A stretch of DNA of 64,000 nt from Bradymonadia bacterium (lineage in GTDB: Bacteria > Myxococcota_A > Bradymonadia > UBA7976 > UBA1532), in the NCBI GenBank assembly GCA_046290225.1, contig JBKAGE010000073.1, positions 1-64,000 of the forward strand, read 5' to 3'. Both the position numbers and the translations under genes were made by a program. The notes under the pieces are model-generated. The model saw only the letters and a program-made list of their open reading frames with translations, was not told the origin of the DNA and made no database searches. Positions 19,575-29,792 of the stretch are shown piece by piece (within the stretch, counting starts at the first letter, position 1; the number at the start of each line of letters is the position of its first letter).

Positions 19575-22343
19575 TTACGGCGCAAAAACCCGAAAGGCAG
19601 CCCAGTCTCCCTCTGGTCTCTTTCGCGCAGATGCTTGGATTGCTTTTTGGAAGGCGATGTCGACATCTGATGTTGATTTCATGGACTGGTAAAAGTGATC
19701 TGCGAACTCGACTGTCATGGCATCGTTGATTGGTCGAGTGGTGGCGATGACTCTCTTGGAGCCGGAGAGTATGAAGGCATGTGCCAGCCCAAGAGTTTCA
19801 ACCGGAGAGCGATCACTGGAGAGGCCTGTCTCACATCCAGAGAGCAATACGACTGTTGGCATTTTGATGCCGAGGCCGATGATGTCTTGTGTCGTGAGGC
19901 GAGTGCCTTGAGCAAGAGATAGATAGCTGCTCCATCCATCTGGATGGTGTACCCCATGGCCAGCATAGTGCAGCAGAGACTTTCCCTGCAGGTGTTCGAT
20001 CATCTCTGTTTTCGTTGCCATTGAACCCTTCAGCCGATCAACCTTCCAGGATGCGCGAGACAAAGACGCGAACACCAATTCTCCTTCTCGGTCTGCACCG
20101 TCCAGATTTTCAGTGGGGTTCTGAACAACAAGCCCATTCACAGATACCTCTCCATTCTCATTTCGCCGCGGGGGCAAGTCCAGACCGTATTTGACGATGT
20201 GGGACTCATAGAGTGGTCTGCCTGTAACTGGCGATATCGAACTATGGAAGTCTATAGACTTTAGGCTGCCGTACGGGAAGATTCGTACTGAATGGCTATT
20301 CATGAGCTTATTTTTTAGGAGAGAGAGTATGAACGTACCTGCAGATGTGCTCTTTTTAGTGTTGAAGGCTTGGTCTGTTTCAAGGGTGGCTTGAACCAGA
20401 TAGTTTGCCTGAGTCGAAGATTCATCCTCTGATATGAGAATCCAGCCGCCTTCAGAAGGGATAAAGGTGATGAACAACTCTCCAGGTGGAGGGCGCTCCA
20501 GTGAGGATGTTGGAGTCACTGATGAAAACGACTGTATGATTTCCTCTTTTTGAGTGGCGAGTTCTAGAAGCTTCTCCTGTGCTTTGACAAGGTCAGTTCC
20601 AACCATTGAGTTGGTCTCTTTGCTCAAGGTGCTGATCTTGGAGTCAATTTGCTCATACCTCTCCCGTCTCGACCTGAAAACACTGCTGCTTTCAGACAAC
20701 GGAGAAAGCAAATGCATGAGAGATGAGCGCGTACGCCTTACATGATCCATGAGCGCATCATCATCATCAATTGCATAGAGCTCTCTTGCCAAGAGGCTTG
20801 CCCCTTTGGCGTATGCACCAAGAAACACGTCTGTGTCGCCCTTAAGGCGTATCTCTGAGAGGATGAGCGCCTTGGTTTCCTCAGATGCTCTGAGGTACTT
20901 GATAGCTAGGTCATGATCATCATTTTCTGAAGCAAGCATGCCAAGAGTCATTTGTAGGTCCCAGAGAGTGACCTTGTCGATTTCTTCCCCTACAGAATTG
21001 ATCTGATCTTGTAGATTTTGAATGGCCTCTTCTTGAAGGCCTGCTTGGAACTGATACATGGAGTGCACAATCAGATACCACTCTTGAGACCTCTTGGATA
21101 ATTTGGGCCCTACCTGCTCGTTTGATGCCAGGTCGAGTAACCTCTTCGCTTCATGGTTGGCCTCGGTGTAGAGCATCAGAAATGCAGAGTCTATAAAAAC
21201 ACTTGCAAGCGCATCTGGGCCATAACACCTGGCCTGGTCTTGCAGCTTTTCGAAGGCAGAAACAGTTGAGTGAGCCAGACTGACTTCTTCTCGAACAGCC
21301 GATGTCGTACTACTGCTTCTCAACAGCCCTGTTGTCAGCCAGATTGTGTTGGCAAGGAGTGCTTGTTGAGTACAGAGATCGTGTTTGCCTGACTCAAGTT
21401 CAGTACGAACCATTTCAAGGCCTTCAGTAAAACGACCTGAGTCTCTATAGGCCATTCCGATGGCATTGAGTGCATGTACCCGGAGGTCTGCTCTATTGGT
21501 GTACTTCGAAAGAAGCATAGAACGTTCAAGTAAGCTGAGTGAATCCCTCAGCTTGCCCGACTTGTAGGCACTGTATCCACTGATGTACTTCTCAAGGATT
21601 GCATGCTTGGCTTCTACTATACTATGAGGTCTCTGGTAGACGGCGGGGATGTCAACTACCCCATCTCTGTCCGCTTGAGTGAACCACTTTGCACGCATAT
21701 CAGAGAGAGCCAGGGAAACCTCTCCCGCTTTCCAATGTGCATTGGCTGCTTGAAGCAGTGCGTCCAGGCCCTCGACTGCCTGGCCTTTCAACAACAAAAG
21801 CCTCGCACGTAGACTCGCAAGCCGTCTTAGAGTCGCTGGCTCTGCATCTGCAGACAGCTTAGTCTCTGCAATTCTGAGAGCCTCGTCGATCTCACCAGCC
21901 TTCTTCGCTGACATCACCTTTTCAACAATGCCAGGGATTGAAGGAGGGGGCAGAAGTGAAATCTTGATGGTCTGCCGGCGTATACCAAGTGGATGAGAGG
22001 CGCTCAACTCAAGGTGTATCGAATCCGCCGCCTGAGGCGGAGCAAACGTTAGCCGTGTGCCCCCAATGGTAGAATCACGTGACGTCTCAAATGGAGTCCG
22101 AGGAATTGAGAGTGCGTGGGCTTCACCCTCGATCCAGAGCGTCAACCCTGCTTCATTTTGCCGAGCACATTGAAGAACCGCTTCCGAAGACTGCACCGGA
22201 TCGATGATCGTCTCTATACAGCCATCAATCAGCACCAAAGGCTCCAGTGGGCGCAGGGTCACCCGTGGAGCGTTCGGTGGGGGGAGCTGCGAGCATGCAG
22301 AGCAGAGCCAGAGACTCAGTAGATATGGAACGGGATTCCGCAT
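19575..22343 (-). CDS. TPR-like + CHAT (caspase-HetF) domain protease
   Basis: CHAT dyad LHYAGHG and LSGCETG, plus GLAHAF and WAAF. Helical repeat region and N-terminal signal/lipobox-like segment. Visibly AT-richer than its flanks. Confidence 0.85.
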   Translation of the reverse strand: MRNPVPYLLSLWLCSACSQLPPPNAPRVTLRPLEPLVLIDGCIETIIDPVQSSEAVLQCARQNEAGLTLWIEGEAHALSIPRTPFETSRDSTIGGTRLTFAPPQAADSIHLELSASHPLGIRRQTIKISLLPPPSIPGIVEKVMSAKKAGEIDEALRIAETKLSADAEPATLRRLASLRARLLLLKGQAVEGLDALLQAANAHWKAGEVSLALSDMRAKWFTQADRDGVVDIPAVYQRPHSIVEAKHAILEKYISGYSAYKSGKLRDSLSLLERSMLLSKYTNRADLRVHALNAIGMAYRDSGRFTEGLEMVRTELESGKHDLCTQQALLANTIWLTTGLLRSSSTTSAVREEVSLAHSTVSAFEKLQDQARCYGPDALASVFIDSAFLMLYTEANHEAKRLLDLASNEQVGPKLSKRSQEWYLIVHSMYQFQAGLQEEAIQNLQDQINSVGEEIDKVTLWDLQMTLGMLASENDDHDLAIKYLRASEETKALILSEIRLKGDTDVFLGAYAKGASLLARELYAIDDDDALMDHVRRTRSSLMHLLSPLSESSSVFRSRRERYEQIDSKISTLSKETNSMVGTDLVKAQEKLLELATQKEEIIQSFSSVTPTSSLERPPPGELFITFIPSEGGWILISEDESSTQANYLVQATLETDQAFNTKKSTSAGTFILSLLKNKLMNSHSVRIFPYGSLKSIDFHSSISPVTGRPLYESHIVKYGLDLPPRRNENGEVSVNGLVVQNPTENLDGADREGELVFASLSRASWKVDRLKGSMATKTEMIEHLQGKSLLHYAGHGVHHPDGWSSYLSLAQGTRLTTQDIIGLGIKMPTVVLLSGCETGLSSDRSPVETLGLAHAFILSGSKRVIATTRPINDAMTVEFADHFYQSMKSTSDVDIAFQKAIQASARKRPEGDWAAFRVFAP

Positions 22344-22502
22344 GCCCCAAGAGCTACCTGCCCCTACAACGGTTGGCAATGCAGCAGTTCAATCTCCACA
22401 AGATTCGCTCTACATGTAAACCAAAGTGAGCCACCCACAGAGTACGAATCCCAAATCTCCACCACACCCAATCAAACCAACCCCGCGGAGGGGCGGAGGT
22501 CA

Positions 22503-22674
22503 CGGTCGTGGCCGACTGCGTCGCGAGGTGTGGTGACTGGGTGGTGATTCACCCGCAGGCGCAGCAGCGCTGCGTCGAGGAGGGAAGCGCCGGTCAGACG
22601 CCGCAGATCGCGACGCAGGCGGCCATGAACGGGACCGGAGCCCCGGAGCCAGACGGGACCGGAGCCCCGGAGCC
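22503..22674. repeat. Imperfect palindromic element followed by a 22-bp direct repeat
   Basis: IR cggtcgtggccgactgcgtcgcga (22503-22526) / tcgcgacgcaggcggccatgaacg (22608-22631). acgggaccggagccccggagcc occurs twice (22629-22650, 22653-22674). Confidence 0.65.
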
Positions 22675-22677
22675 CGA

Positions 22678-23784
22678 CTAGAACAGCCCCGTGATCGAGA
22701 CGGTGTATTGCGTGCGGCGGTGGGTGTCCGACTCGAAGTCGAAGATCGGGTTTGTCACGCTGTCGCCTTGCTGATCGTACAGGGGCATCAGGGTGCGCAT
22801 CGCGATGGCGAACTGGAGGTTGTTGAGGAAGCTCTCCTCGTTGGCGCCCTCACCCTGAAGATCGTTCAGGGCCTGGTTTGCACCACCACCGGGCTGCTTG
22901 AAGGCCAGCTGGAGGCTGAAGGACGTGCCGTGGAGCGTCGCGAGCTGAGTACCTTCTTGGATGCCGTCCACCGGCGCCGTGAACTCGTCACGTTCTACCG
23001 AGTTCGCGTTGAAGAACGACGTGATGTCGTAGCCGCCGCGGAAGAGGAGGCCCTTGGCGATGCGGTAGTTCACCCCGAGGCTGCCGCCCACCCCGGACTC
23101 GAGGACCGGCGAACCCAAGTCTGCACCCGAAACGGCGCAGTTCTGGGGGGCCACGTCACAGTCGATCTGCAGCGTGGGATCTTCATTGAAGTTGTAGAAG
23201 GCGCTGCCGTTCAGGGTCACCACCCCACCAGGGATCGGGCGGACCAGCTGTAGACCCGGCGACACCGACAGCATCTGACCAGAAGTACGGCTGAGCTGGC
23301 TCGTGGGGATGCTGAAGTCCATGTTGGTGAACACCATCACCCCGATCCCGGGAATCGTGCCCAGGTTGTACTGACCACCCACCAGCAGATCTCGAGACTG
23401 CGTGGTGCGGGAGCGGGTCGAGGGTGCCGGGCTCAGCGGGGGGCGTTCGAAGCCTTCGTGGAGGGCCTTGTCGAACCAGAGAGCGCTGTAGAGGAAGATC
23501 TTCGGTGTCGGCTGGTAGAACAGCACCGCCTGCAGCGTGCCCACCCCAAAGCCCAAGTCGACATTGTCGGACTCGGTGGAGGCGAAGTTGCTGTGGTTGA
23601 AGCGGTAGCTCGTGCGGACAAAGCCCGAAATGGGAAACTCTTCGCTCTCACGGGGGATCGGCTTTGCTGCCTTCACCTCAGCGGAGGCGCCGTCGGCGCT
23701 CTGAGCATCGTCTTGAGCCAGGGCAGAGCCGGAGAGGGCCAGGCAGAGGCAGGCGGCCGTCGGGGCAATCAATGAACGGGACAA
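22678..23784 (-). CDS. Outer-membrane beta-barrel protein of unknown function
   Basis: GAGGAG RBS before TTG 23784. Signal peptide ALA-Q, amphipathic beta strands, C-terminal Phe. Confidence 0.65.
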   Translation of the reverse strand: MSRSLIAPTAACLCLALSGSALAQDDAQSADGASAEVKAAKPIPRESEEFPISGFVRTSYRFNHSNFASTESDNVDLGFGVGTLQAVLFYQPTPKIFLYSALWFDKALHEGFERPPLSPAPSTRSRTTQSRDLLVGGQYNLGTIPGIGVMVFTNMDFSIPTSQLSRTSGQMLSVSPGLQLVRPIPGGVVTLNGSAFYNFNEDPTLQIDCDVAPQNCAVSGADLGSPVLESGVGGSLGVNYRIAKGLLFRGGYDITSFFNANSVERDEFTAPVDGIQEGTQLATLHGTSFSLQLAFKQPGGGANQALNDLQGEGANEESFLNNLQFAIAMRTLMPLYDQQGDSVTNPIFDFESDTHRRTQYTVSITGLF

Positions 23785-24128
23785 GGTGCGGTCTCCTCGG
23801 TGGAGCACCTGATCTGTGATCACCGTGGCTTCGAAGTGGCCGCCGGCGGCGCAGAGCAGCGTGCATACACGGGTGTGCATTCCCTTACGGTGCGGGACGC
23901 TCACTGTTTCACTGCCAGTGCGGTATGCATCGTATGTGCCAGCGATGAGACGCCGGAACTACACCTGCAGAGGGTCAGTGCGAAGAGCAGAAGGTATTGA
24001 TTTCATGGGTGAGATCAAGACCTTTCTCTACACATTTGGGGCGTTCGATTCGAAAACGATTCCGTCAGCGCTTTCGCCGATGTCGCGTTCACATTGTGGA
24101 CTGTGGCCGTCGAGGCCACGAGGGCAAG

Positions 24129-25520
24129 TTACAGCGCGAAGGGCAGCGTCACCGTGACTGGATCACCACGGAACTTGTCGAAGCGGAACGACTTCACCGA
24201 CTTCTCGACACAATCACCCACGGGGGTGCCCTTCACCGGGCCGTCGAGCAGGCTGGCAGAGGAGATCTTGCCGGAGCGGCCGATGACCACCTTCACCTTG
24301 GCCACGCCCGAAACCCCTGGCGCCCGGCTCTTGCACTGCCTGATCTTGGGGGCCTCTTTGCGCACCACGCCGAGGATCTGAGCCCGTGAGAGCTTCTCGG
24401 GCAACAGCGGATCATTGGCGAGGGCGTCGTCTTCCGAGGATTTCTTCGACCGGGCAGGGGATCGCCGATTGCCCTCCAGGTTGCCGAGGATGTCGTCGAC
24501 CTCGGTGTCATTCGACTTGGGCTTCGCTGCGGCAACAGGTGTACGGGCAGGCTCCCCGGCGGGTGCTGGCGCTGGCGCTGCTGCCTTGGGAGCAGCTGTG
24601 GGGGCTGCGGGCCTGGACCGGCGTCTTGCTCGGCGGGCGGGCTTGGCGGCCATGGCCACCTGCACTGCAGCATCAGGGGCTGCTGCGTCAGGGGTCGCAG
24701 CGTCTGGCGGCGGAGCGCCCGCATCGGCAGGGGCTGGCTTCGCCGCCGCAGCTGCAGGCTTGGGCTGCTCAACGGGTAGGGGCGATGCGGGCGTGTTTGC
24801 CTGCGAGGCCACAGGGCCATTGGAGTTGCTGGCCACTTGCGTACCACCGTTGTCGTTCTTCTGACTCTGCAGCCAGAAGTACACACCCGCACCACCGGCG
24901 CCGAGCAGGAGCACTGCTGCGATGATCATCATCATCGGGCTGCTCTTGCGGGCCGGCTCCGGCAGCGCTGACACCAGGGTTGGACCAGGGGCCAGCTGAG
25001 CAGCATGCAGGGTGTTCAGGTTCACCAGGCCAGAGGGCTCGTTGAGCGACTGGTCTGGCGCCTTCGAATCCGCCTCGGTCATGGCGTCGAGCTCATCAAG
25101 GCTGAAGAGCGTGGACTGCTCTCGACGCTGGCCTGTGAGGGCGGCCTCGGAGCCCGCTGTGGCAGCAGCGCCAGCCGCTGCAGGCTGAGGCTCGGGATTC
25201 ACCGGCGCCGGCGTGCCCTGAGGCCTGACCACCGGCATGTCCTGGCTGATGCGGATGTCGCCGCTTGCCCGGGCCTCGGCGAGATCGAGGCCGCGATCGG
25301 GGTCGGCGACGAGAGCCTGGGAGACCATGCGGCCTTCGTCTGCGTCGGTGAGGCCCATGGCGTGAAGCGCGAAAAGATCAGCGTCGACCCCTTCCACCGG
25401 AGCACCCGGATCAGCGGTGAGGCTCAATTCGTCTTCTGCAGGCGTGTCGAGGCCGACAGCAGCGAGTGCTTCGGCAACGCGGGCTTTCGGATCACTCATC
25501 GGTCGATCTCCACCACTCAT
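24129..25520 (-). CDS. Single-pass membrane protein: anti-sigma-like N-terminus, Pro/Ala linker, AgmX/PglI (TonB-C-like) C-terminal domain
   Basis: RREQSTLFSL motif, one TM helix, C-terminal IRQC...GDCV...FRF...VTLPF. Confidence 0.7.
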   Translation of the reverse strand: MSGGDRPMSDPKARVAEALAAVGLDTPAEDELSLTADPGAPVEGVDADLFALHAMGLTDADEGRMVSQALVADPDRGLDLAEARASGDIRISQDMPVVRPQGTPAPVNPEPQPAAAGAAATAGSEAALTGQRREQSTLFSLDELDAMTEADSKAPDQSLNEPSGLVNLNTLHAAQLAPGPTLVSALPEPARKSSPMMMIIAAVLLLGAGGAGVYFWLQSQKNDNGGTQVASNSNGPVASQANTPASPLPVEQPKPAAAAAKPAPADAGAPPPDAATPDAAAPDAAVQVAMAAKPARRARRRSRPAAPTAAPKAAAPAPAPAGEPARTPVAAAKPKSNDTEVDDILGNLEGNRRSPARSKKSSEDDALANDPLLPEKLSRAQILGVVRKEAPKIRQCKSRAPGVSGVAKVKVVIGRSGKISSASLLDGPVKGTPVGDCVEKSVKSFRFDKFRGDPVTVTLPFAL

Positions 25521-26218
25521 TCTCCAGCGCCGTTCATCCAGGCGCGGACGCGGGCGAGGCGGCGGTACACCGCCTGTCGGGTCATGCCCGTGGCCCGGGC
25601 TGCGTCGGCCACCGTGTCACCGAGGAGCAGGCGCTCCATCACGTGCCGGGTGGCCGTGTCTTGAGCGAAATTGGTCAGGGCGCCATCGACGGCGAGTCCA
25701 GCGACGAGGCGGGCCTCGGAGGCCGCGTCGGAGGCCGGGACCGCCCGGTGAGCAGAGGCCACCTCGGGGGCCTTGCTCTGACGGGCGCGCTGCAGATCGC
25801 GGGCGCGCCAGCGCAGGCGCGCCAGCAGCAGCGACTGCAGGTTGGGCCTGATCTCCGGCTTGAGGCGGGTCGAGGCCCGCTCGAGCAGGTTGGGCAGGGC
25901 ATCGGGGTGCGACACCAGCTCTGCCGTCGCGTCCCAGAGGTGCTCCCTCCAGATGTCGCCGTTGGGGCCGGACTCGAGGCCCGTGATCGACAACAGCCAA
26001 CGCGCCACACCGGAGCGGACCGTCTGCCCACGCTCGTCGTGACGCAGCTCTGCCGCGAGGGCTTCGAGGGCACGGCGGTAAATACCGACGCGCACCGGTG
26101 TGTCCAGGTGGCCGGCGGTCTCGAGGTGCAGCACCTCTTCCAGGACCGCAGGGGTCGAGGACTGGCTTTGGAGTGCGGTGGTCAGAGGGTGCTCTCTTGG
26201 ATCAGTGCCTGACATCAT
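25517..26218 (-). CDS. Divergent ECF sigma factor-like HTH protein
   Basis: Region-2-like RWRARDLQR. Sigma4-like HTH GDTVADAARATGMTRQAVYRRLAR. ATGA overlap with the downstream gene. Confidence 0.55.
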   Translation of the reverse strand: MMSGTDPREHPLTTALQSQSSTPAVLEEVLHLETAGHLDTPVRVGIYRRALEALAAELRHDERGQTVRSGVARWLLSITGLESGPNGDIWREHLWDATAELVSHPDALPNLLERASTRLKPEIRPNLQSLLLARLRWRARDLQRARQSKAPEVASAHRAVPASDAASEARLVAGLAVDGALTNFAQDTATRHVMERLLLGDTVADAARATGMTRQAVYRRLARVRAWMNGAGE

Positions 26219-26502
26219 TCGCCCACTGCTACGGGCCCGGGCCCGTGAGGTGTCCGGGGTGGATCGATCTAAAGCGTTCGCGGTTGAGCTGTTGCTCAAG
26301 GCTGCCAGTCCGCTCGGCAGTTGGGAATCTCATACACGCTCACCGCCACAAGCTCCACCCCTGTACCCTCTAGACACACACCGGTGACAGGGTCTGTCTG
26401 CATGAAGCGGTGGGGCCCTTGACCTCAGCTGGACCCCGCTGTCATCTTCCCCAGCTTCATCCGCTGGCCGTCTCGGCCGGTTTCGCGTCTTCGGAGGTGC
26501 CC

Positions 26503-27237
26503 ATGAGCAACGCCACTGAACAACGTCCCACCGCCGTCGTGTTGTGCAGCGGGGGACTCGACTCCACCACATGTATGGCCATCGCCGCTGATCGAGGCCA
26601 CCGGATCGTGGCGTTGTCCTTCGATTATGGTCAGCGTCACCGCTCGGAGCTCGAAGCCGCGAAGCGGGTGGCCACGCACTACGGCGCCGAACGCCACTAT
26701 GTGATGCAGCTCGATTTGTTCACGGCCATCGGGGGATCTGCCCTCACCGACACGGCCCTCGACGTGCCCAAGCACGACGACGTGAGCGAGGTGAGCCCCG
26801 AGATCCCCGTGACCTACGTGCCTGCTCGGAACCTCGTGTTCCTGTCGTATGCCGTGGGCGTGGCGGAGATGGAGCAGGCCGAGCACATCTACATCGGGGT
26901 GAACGCCATCGACTACTCGGGCTATCCCGATTGCAGGCCCGAGTTCATCGAGGCCTTTCAGGGGGCCGCTCGACTCGCCACCAAAGCCGGGGTGGAGTCT
27001 GCGAGCCCCCGCCACGGGCTCACGCTCCACACGCCCCTCATCAGCTTGACCAAGGCCGGCATCATTCAGCTGGGCCACAGCCTCAGCGCCCCCCTCGAGC
27101 TGACCCACAGCTGCTATGATCCCGTCGACACTGACGAGGGCACCTTCGCCTGTGGTCGGTGCGACGCATGCTTGTTGCGGCTCAAGGGCTTTGAAGAGGC
27201 TGGGATGCGTGATCCCGTGGCCTACCGGGAAGGTTGA
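26503..27237 (+). CDS. queC: 7-cyano-7-deazaguanine synthase
   Basis: [27 protein letters not shown] and SCY...CGRCDAC. Confidence 0.96.
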   Translation: MSNATEQRPTAVVLCSGGLDSTTCMAIAADRGHRIVALSFDYGQRHRSELEAAKRVATHYGAERHYVMQLDLFTAIGGSALTDTALDVPKHDDVSEVSPEIPVTYVPARNLVFLSYAVGVAEMEQAEHIYIGVNAIDYSGYPDCRPEFIEAFQGAARLATKAGVESASPRHGLTLHTPLISLTKAGIIQLGHSLSAPLELTHSCYDPVDTDEGTFACGRCDACLLRLKGFEEAGMRDPVAYREG

Positions 27238-27902
27238 GCGTGTCCACCATCAACCCCAGACGCTATGCCATCAAAGAGGCCTTCTTCACTCTGCAAGGCG
27301 AGGGGGGACAGGTAGGCCGGGCTGCGGTCTTCTGCCGGTTCACAGGGTGCAACCTCTGGTCGGGGCGGACACAGGATAGAGCCACAGCGCCCTGCAACTT
27401 CTGCGACACGGACTTTGTGGGCACCGACGGGCCTGGCGGAGGTCGGTTCGACGCCCACGCCCTCGCCGAGCACCTGTGGTCGATCTGGCAGAGCGAGGCT
27501 GGTCCTGGAGGTACGCCCTACATCGTCTTCACAGGGGGAGAGCCCACCCTTCAGCTCGATGAGGCGTTGATCGATTGCTGCAAGGCACGAGGCTTCGAAC
27601 TCGCCATCGAGACCAATGGCACCCGCGAGGTGCCTGAGGGCATCGACTGGGTGTGTGTCAGCCCCAAGCCCGGCCCGGCGTTGGTCCAGCTGCAGGGTCA
27701 GGCCCTCAAGCTCGTCTACCCCCAACCAGAAGCGGCTCTTCAGCCCGAGATGTTCGTCGACCTCGAGTTCGAACACTTCTTCTTGCAGCCCATGGATGGC
27801 CCCCAGCAGGCGGAGAACATCCAGGCCGCCACCCGATATTGCTTGAAGCACCCGCAGTGGAGGCTGTCGCTGCAGACCCACAAAATCATCGGTCTGCCGT
27901 GA
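27234..27902 (+). CDS. queE: 7-carboxy-7-deazaguanine synthase
   Basis: FFTLQGEG, Cx14CxxC radical-SAM variant, TGGEP, ETNG and LQTHK. Confidence 0.95.
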   Translation: MSVSTINPRRYAIKEAFFTLQGEGGQVGRAAVFCRFTGCNLWSGRTQDRATAPCNFCDTDFVGTDGPGGGRFDAHALAEHLWSIWQSEAGPGGTPYIVFTGGEPTLQLDEALIDCCKARGFELAIETNGTREVPEGIDWVCVSPKPGPALVQLQGQALKLVYPQPEAALQPEMFVDLEFEHFFLQPMDGPQQAENIQAATRYCLKHPQWRLSLQTHKIIGLP

Positions 27903-27906
27903 GTGC

Positions 27907-28680
27907 TCACCCCTGGCGGTGGATCGGGAAGGGCCCGAAGGCCTGATCAGTAGACATCACCTCGATGCGGTTGATGTTCACGTGCTCTGGCAAGCATGTG
28001 GCCCAGAAAACCGACTCTGCGATGTCCTCCGCCGTGAGTGGCCGCGTGTTGGCGTAGGGCGCCTCCGCTTTTGCATCGTCACCTTTGAAGCGCACCCGCG
28101 AGAACTCGGTCTCTGCGAGGCCGGGCTCGATGTCGGTCACCCGGACCCCCGTGCCGTGGAGATCGGCCCGCAGGTTGAGGGAGAACTGAGTGACGAAGGC
28201 CTTTGTCGCGCCGTACACGTTGGCGCCGGGGTAGGGCCAGTTCGCCGCCACCGAGCTCATGTTGATCACGTGACCGCGTCGGCGCGCCACCATGGCCGGC
28301 AGCAACGCCCGTGTGCAATAGAGCAGTCCGTTGATGTTGGTGGACACCATCGTCTCCCAATCGGCCATGTCCACGTCCCAGGCGGGCTCGAGGCCCAGGG
28401 CGAGCCCTGCGTTGTTCACGAGTACCGACACATCGGCGAAGTCCTGGGGTAGGGCCGCCGCTACGGCATCGACCGCGTCGCGATCCGTGACGTCGAGGGT
28501 GTGGGCCCAGCAGCGCTCGCCGAGCTCTGCTTGCAAGGCCTCGAGACGATCAGCGCGCCGGCCGGTGATGATCACCCGAGCCCCAGCGTGGGCGAAGCGG
28601 CGAGCGGTGGCTTCACCGAAACCTGCCGTGGCGCCGGTGACGAAGACCACGTGTTTTGAGGCGTCGAGAGAAGGGTACAT
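27907..28680 (-). CDS. SDR oxidoreductase, YdfG-like
   Basis: TGATAGFG, NNAGLALG, YGATK and EPGLAETEFS. Confidence 0.9.
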   Translation of the reverse strand: MYPSLDASKHVVFVTGATAGFGEATARRFAHAGARVIITGRRADRLEALQAELGERCWAHTLDVTDRDAVDAVAAALPQDFADVSVLVNNAGLALGLEPAWDVDMADWETMVSTNINGLLYCTRALLPAMVARRRGHVINMSSVAANWPYPGANVYGATKAFVTQFSLNLRADLHGTGVRVTDIEPGLAETEFSRVRFKGDDAKAEAPYANTRPLTAEDIAESVFWATCLPEHVNINRIEVMSTDQAFGPFPIHRQG

Positions 28681-28759
28681 GTGTGCTCCTTAAGCGTGTG
28701 ACAACAAGGAGGTGGTAACAGAACGACAGCCCGAGGCACAGGTCGTGATATAGGGGGGC

Positions 28760-29617
28760 ATGAGTGACTCCATGACCCTGCCATTGCCCTTACCGCCTGC
28801 GGGACGCCCTGCTGGAGGCCCCGCCGCCCGACGCACCGGCCCGCTGTTGAAGATGCGCGCCGAGCTCGACGACACTGTTCGTTATTTGATGCGGTTCGAC
28901 GACCCGTTGCCGATCCACGAGCACGTGGGCCAGTGGGTGGAGTTGACCTTCAGCGGCAAGATCGAGTGCACCTCCTGCGGCCGAAGCATCAAGAAGACCT
29001 ATGGTGAAGGGGCGTGCTACCCCTGCTTCCAGAAAGAATCGCAGTTCTCGCCATGCATCATCCGCCCTGAGCTGTGCCGGGGTCATCTCGGTGAGGGTCG
29101 CGATCCCGACTGGGAGGCAGCGCACCACGTACAGCCTCACGTGGTGTATCTCGCCTGGACCGGGGCGCTCAAAGTCGGCGTCACTCGCGCGACCAACGTG
29201 CCCACGCGTTGGCTCGACCAGGGCGCCGGGGCCGCCATCAAGCTCGCCGAGGTGCCCTATCGGCAGCTCGCTGGGGAGATCGAGGTGGCCCTGAAAGCTC
29301 ACCTCTCCGATCGCACGCAGTGGAAGCGCATGCTCGCCGCCGGAGCGCCCGACGTGGAGCTCGTCGCCGAGAAGCGCAAGTACGCAGCCCTCGTCCCTGA
29401 TCATCTGCAGCAGTGGATCACCGACGACGACGAGATCACCCGACCCAATTACCCCTTGCCCAAGCCACCGCTCAAGCCTACGCGGATCAGCTTGGACAAG
29501 ACCGCGAAGGTGGAGGGCATCCTCACAGGGATTCGTGGCCAATATCTCGTTTTCGAAGGTGAGCGGGCGATCAATGTACGACGCCATGCTGGCTATATTG
29601 TGACTTGTTCTGTTTGA
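28760..29617 (+). CDS. DUF2797-family protein
   Basis: CxxCGR...CYPCF, HVVYLA, KVGVTR and RWLDQGA. Confidence 0.8.
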   Translation: MSDSMTLPLPLPPAGRPAGGPAARRTGPLLKMRAELDDTVRYLMRFDDPLPIHEHVGQWVELTFSGKIECTSCGRSIKKTYGEGACYPCFQKESQFSPCIIRPELCRGHLGEGRDPDWEAAHHVQPHVVYLAWTGALKVGVTRATNVPTRWLDQGAGAAIKLAEVPYRQLAGEIEVALKAHLSDRTQWKRMLAAGAPDVELVAEKRKYAALVPDHLQQWITDDDEITRPNYPLPKPPLKPTRISLDKTAKVEGILTGIRGQYLVFEGERAINVRRHAGYIVTCSV

Positions 29618-29792
29618 ACTGAATGTTCTGCCGTTTTTGTTTTGAATTGTTCGGAATTGCCCCGCTATGAGTCAGGCCAAGGGGTAAGGTGCTGATTCGA
29701 TTCAATCTGTGAACTCTTGCTTCCGATGACTGTGACACACCGTCAAATAGAGTGGCGCCTTTGCGGGCGTATCGGGAGAAGAGAGGGCACAT

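Noticed and set aside
22629..22674. Direct repeat as a CRISPR remnant
   Set aside because: Only two copies separated by 2 nt, with no spacers or cas genes.
26503..27902. queC-queE as part of a 7-deazaguanine DNA-modification (dpd) island
   Set aside because: No dpdA/tgt-like or other dpd genes are nearby, so ordinary queuosine biosynthesis is the simpler reading. No preQ1 riboswitch was recognised.
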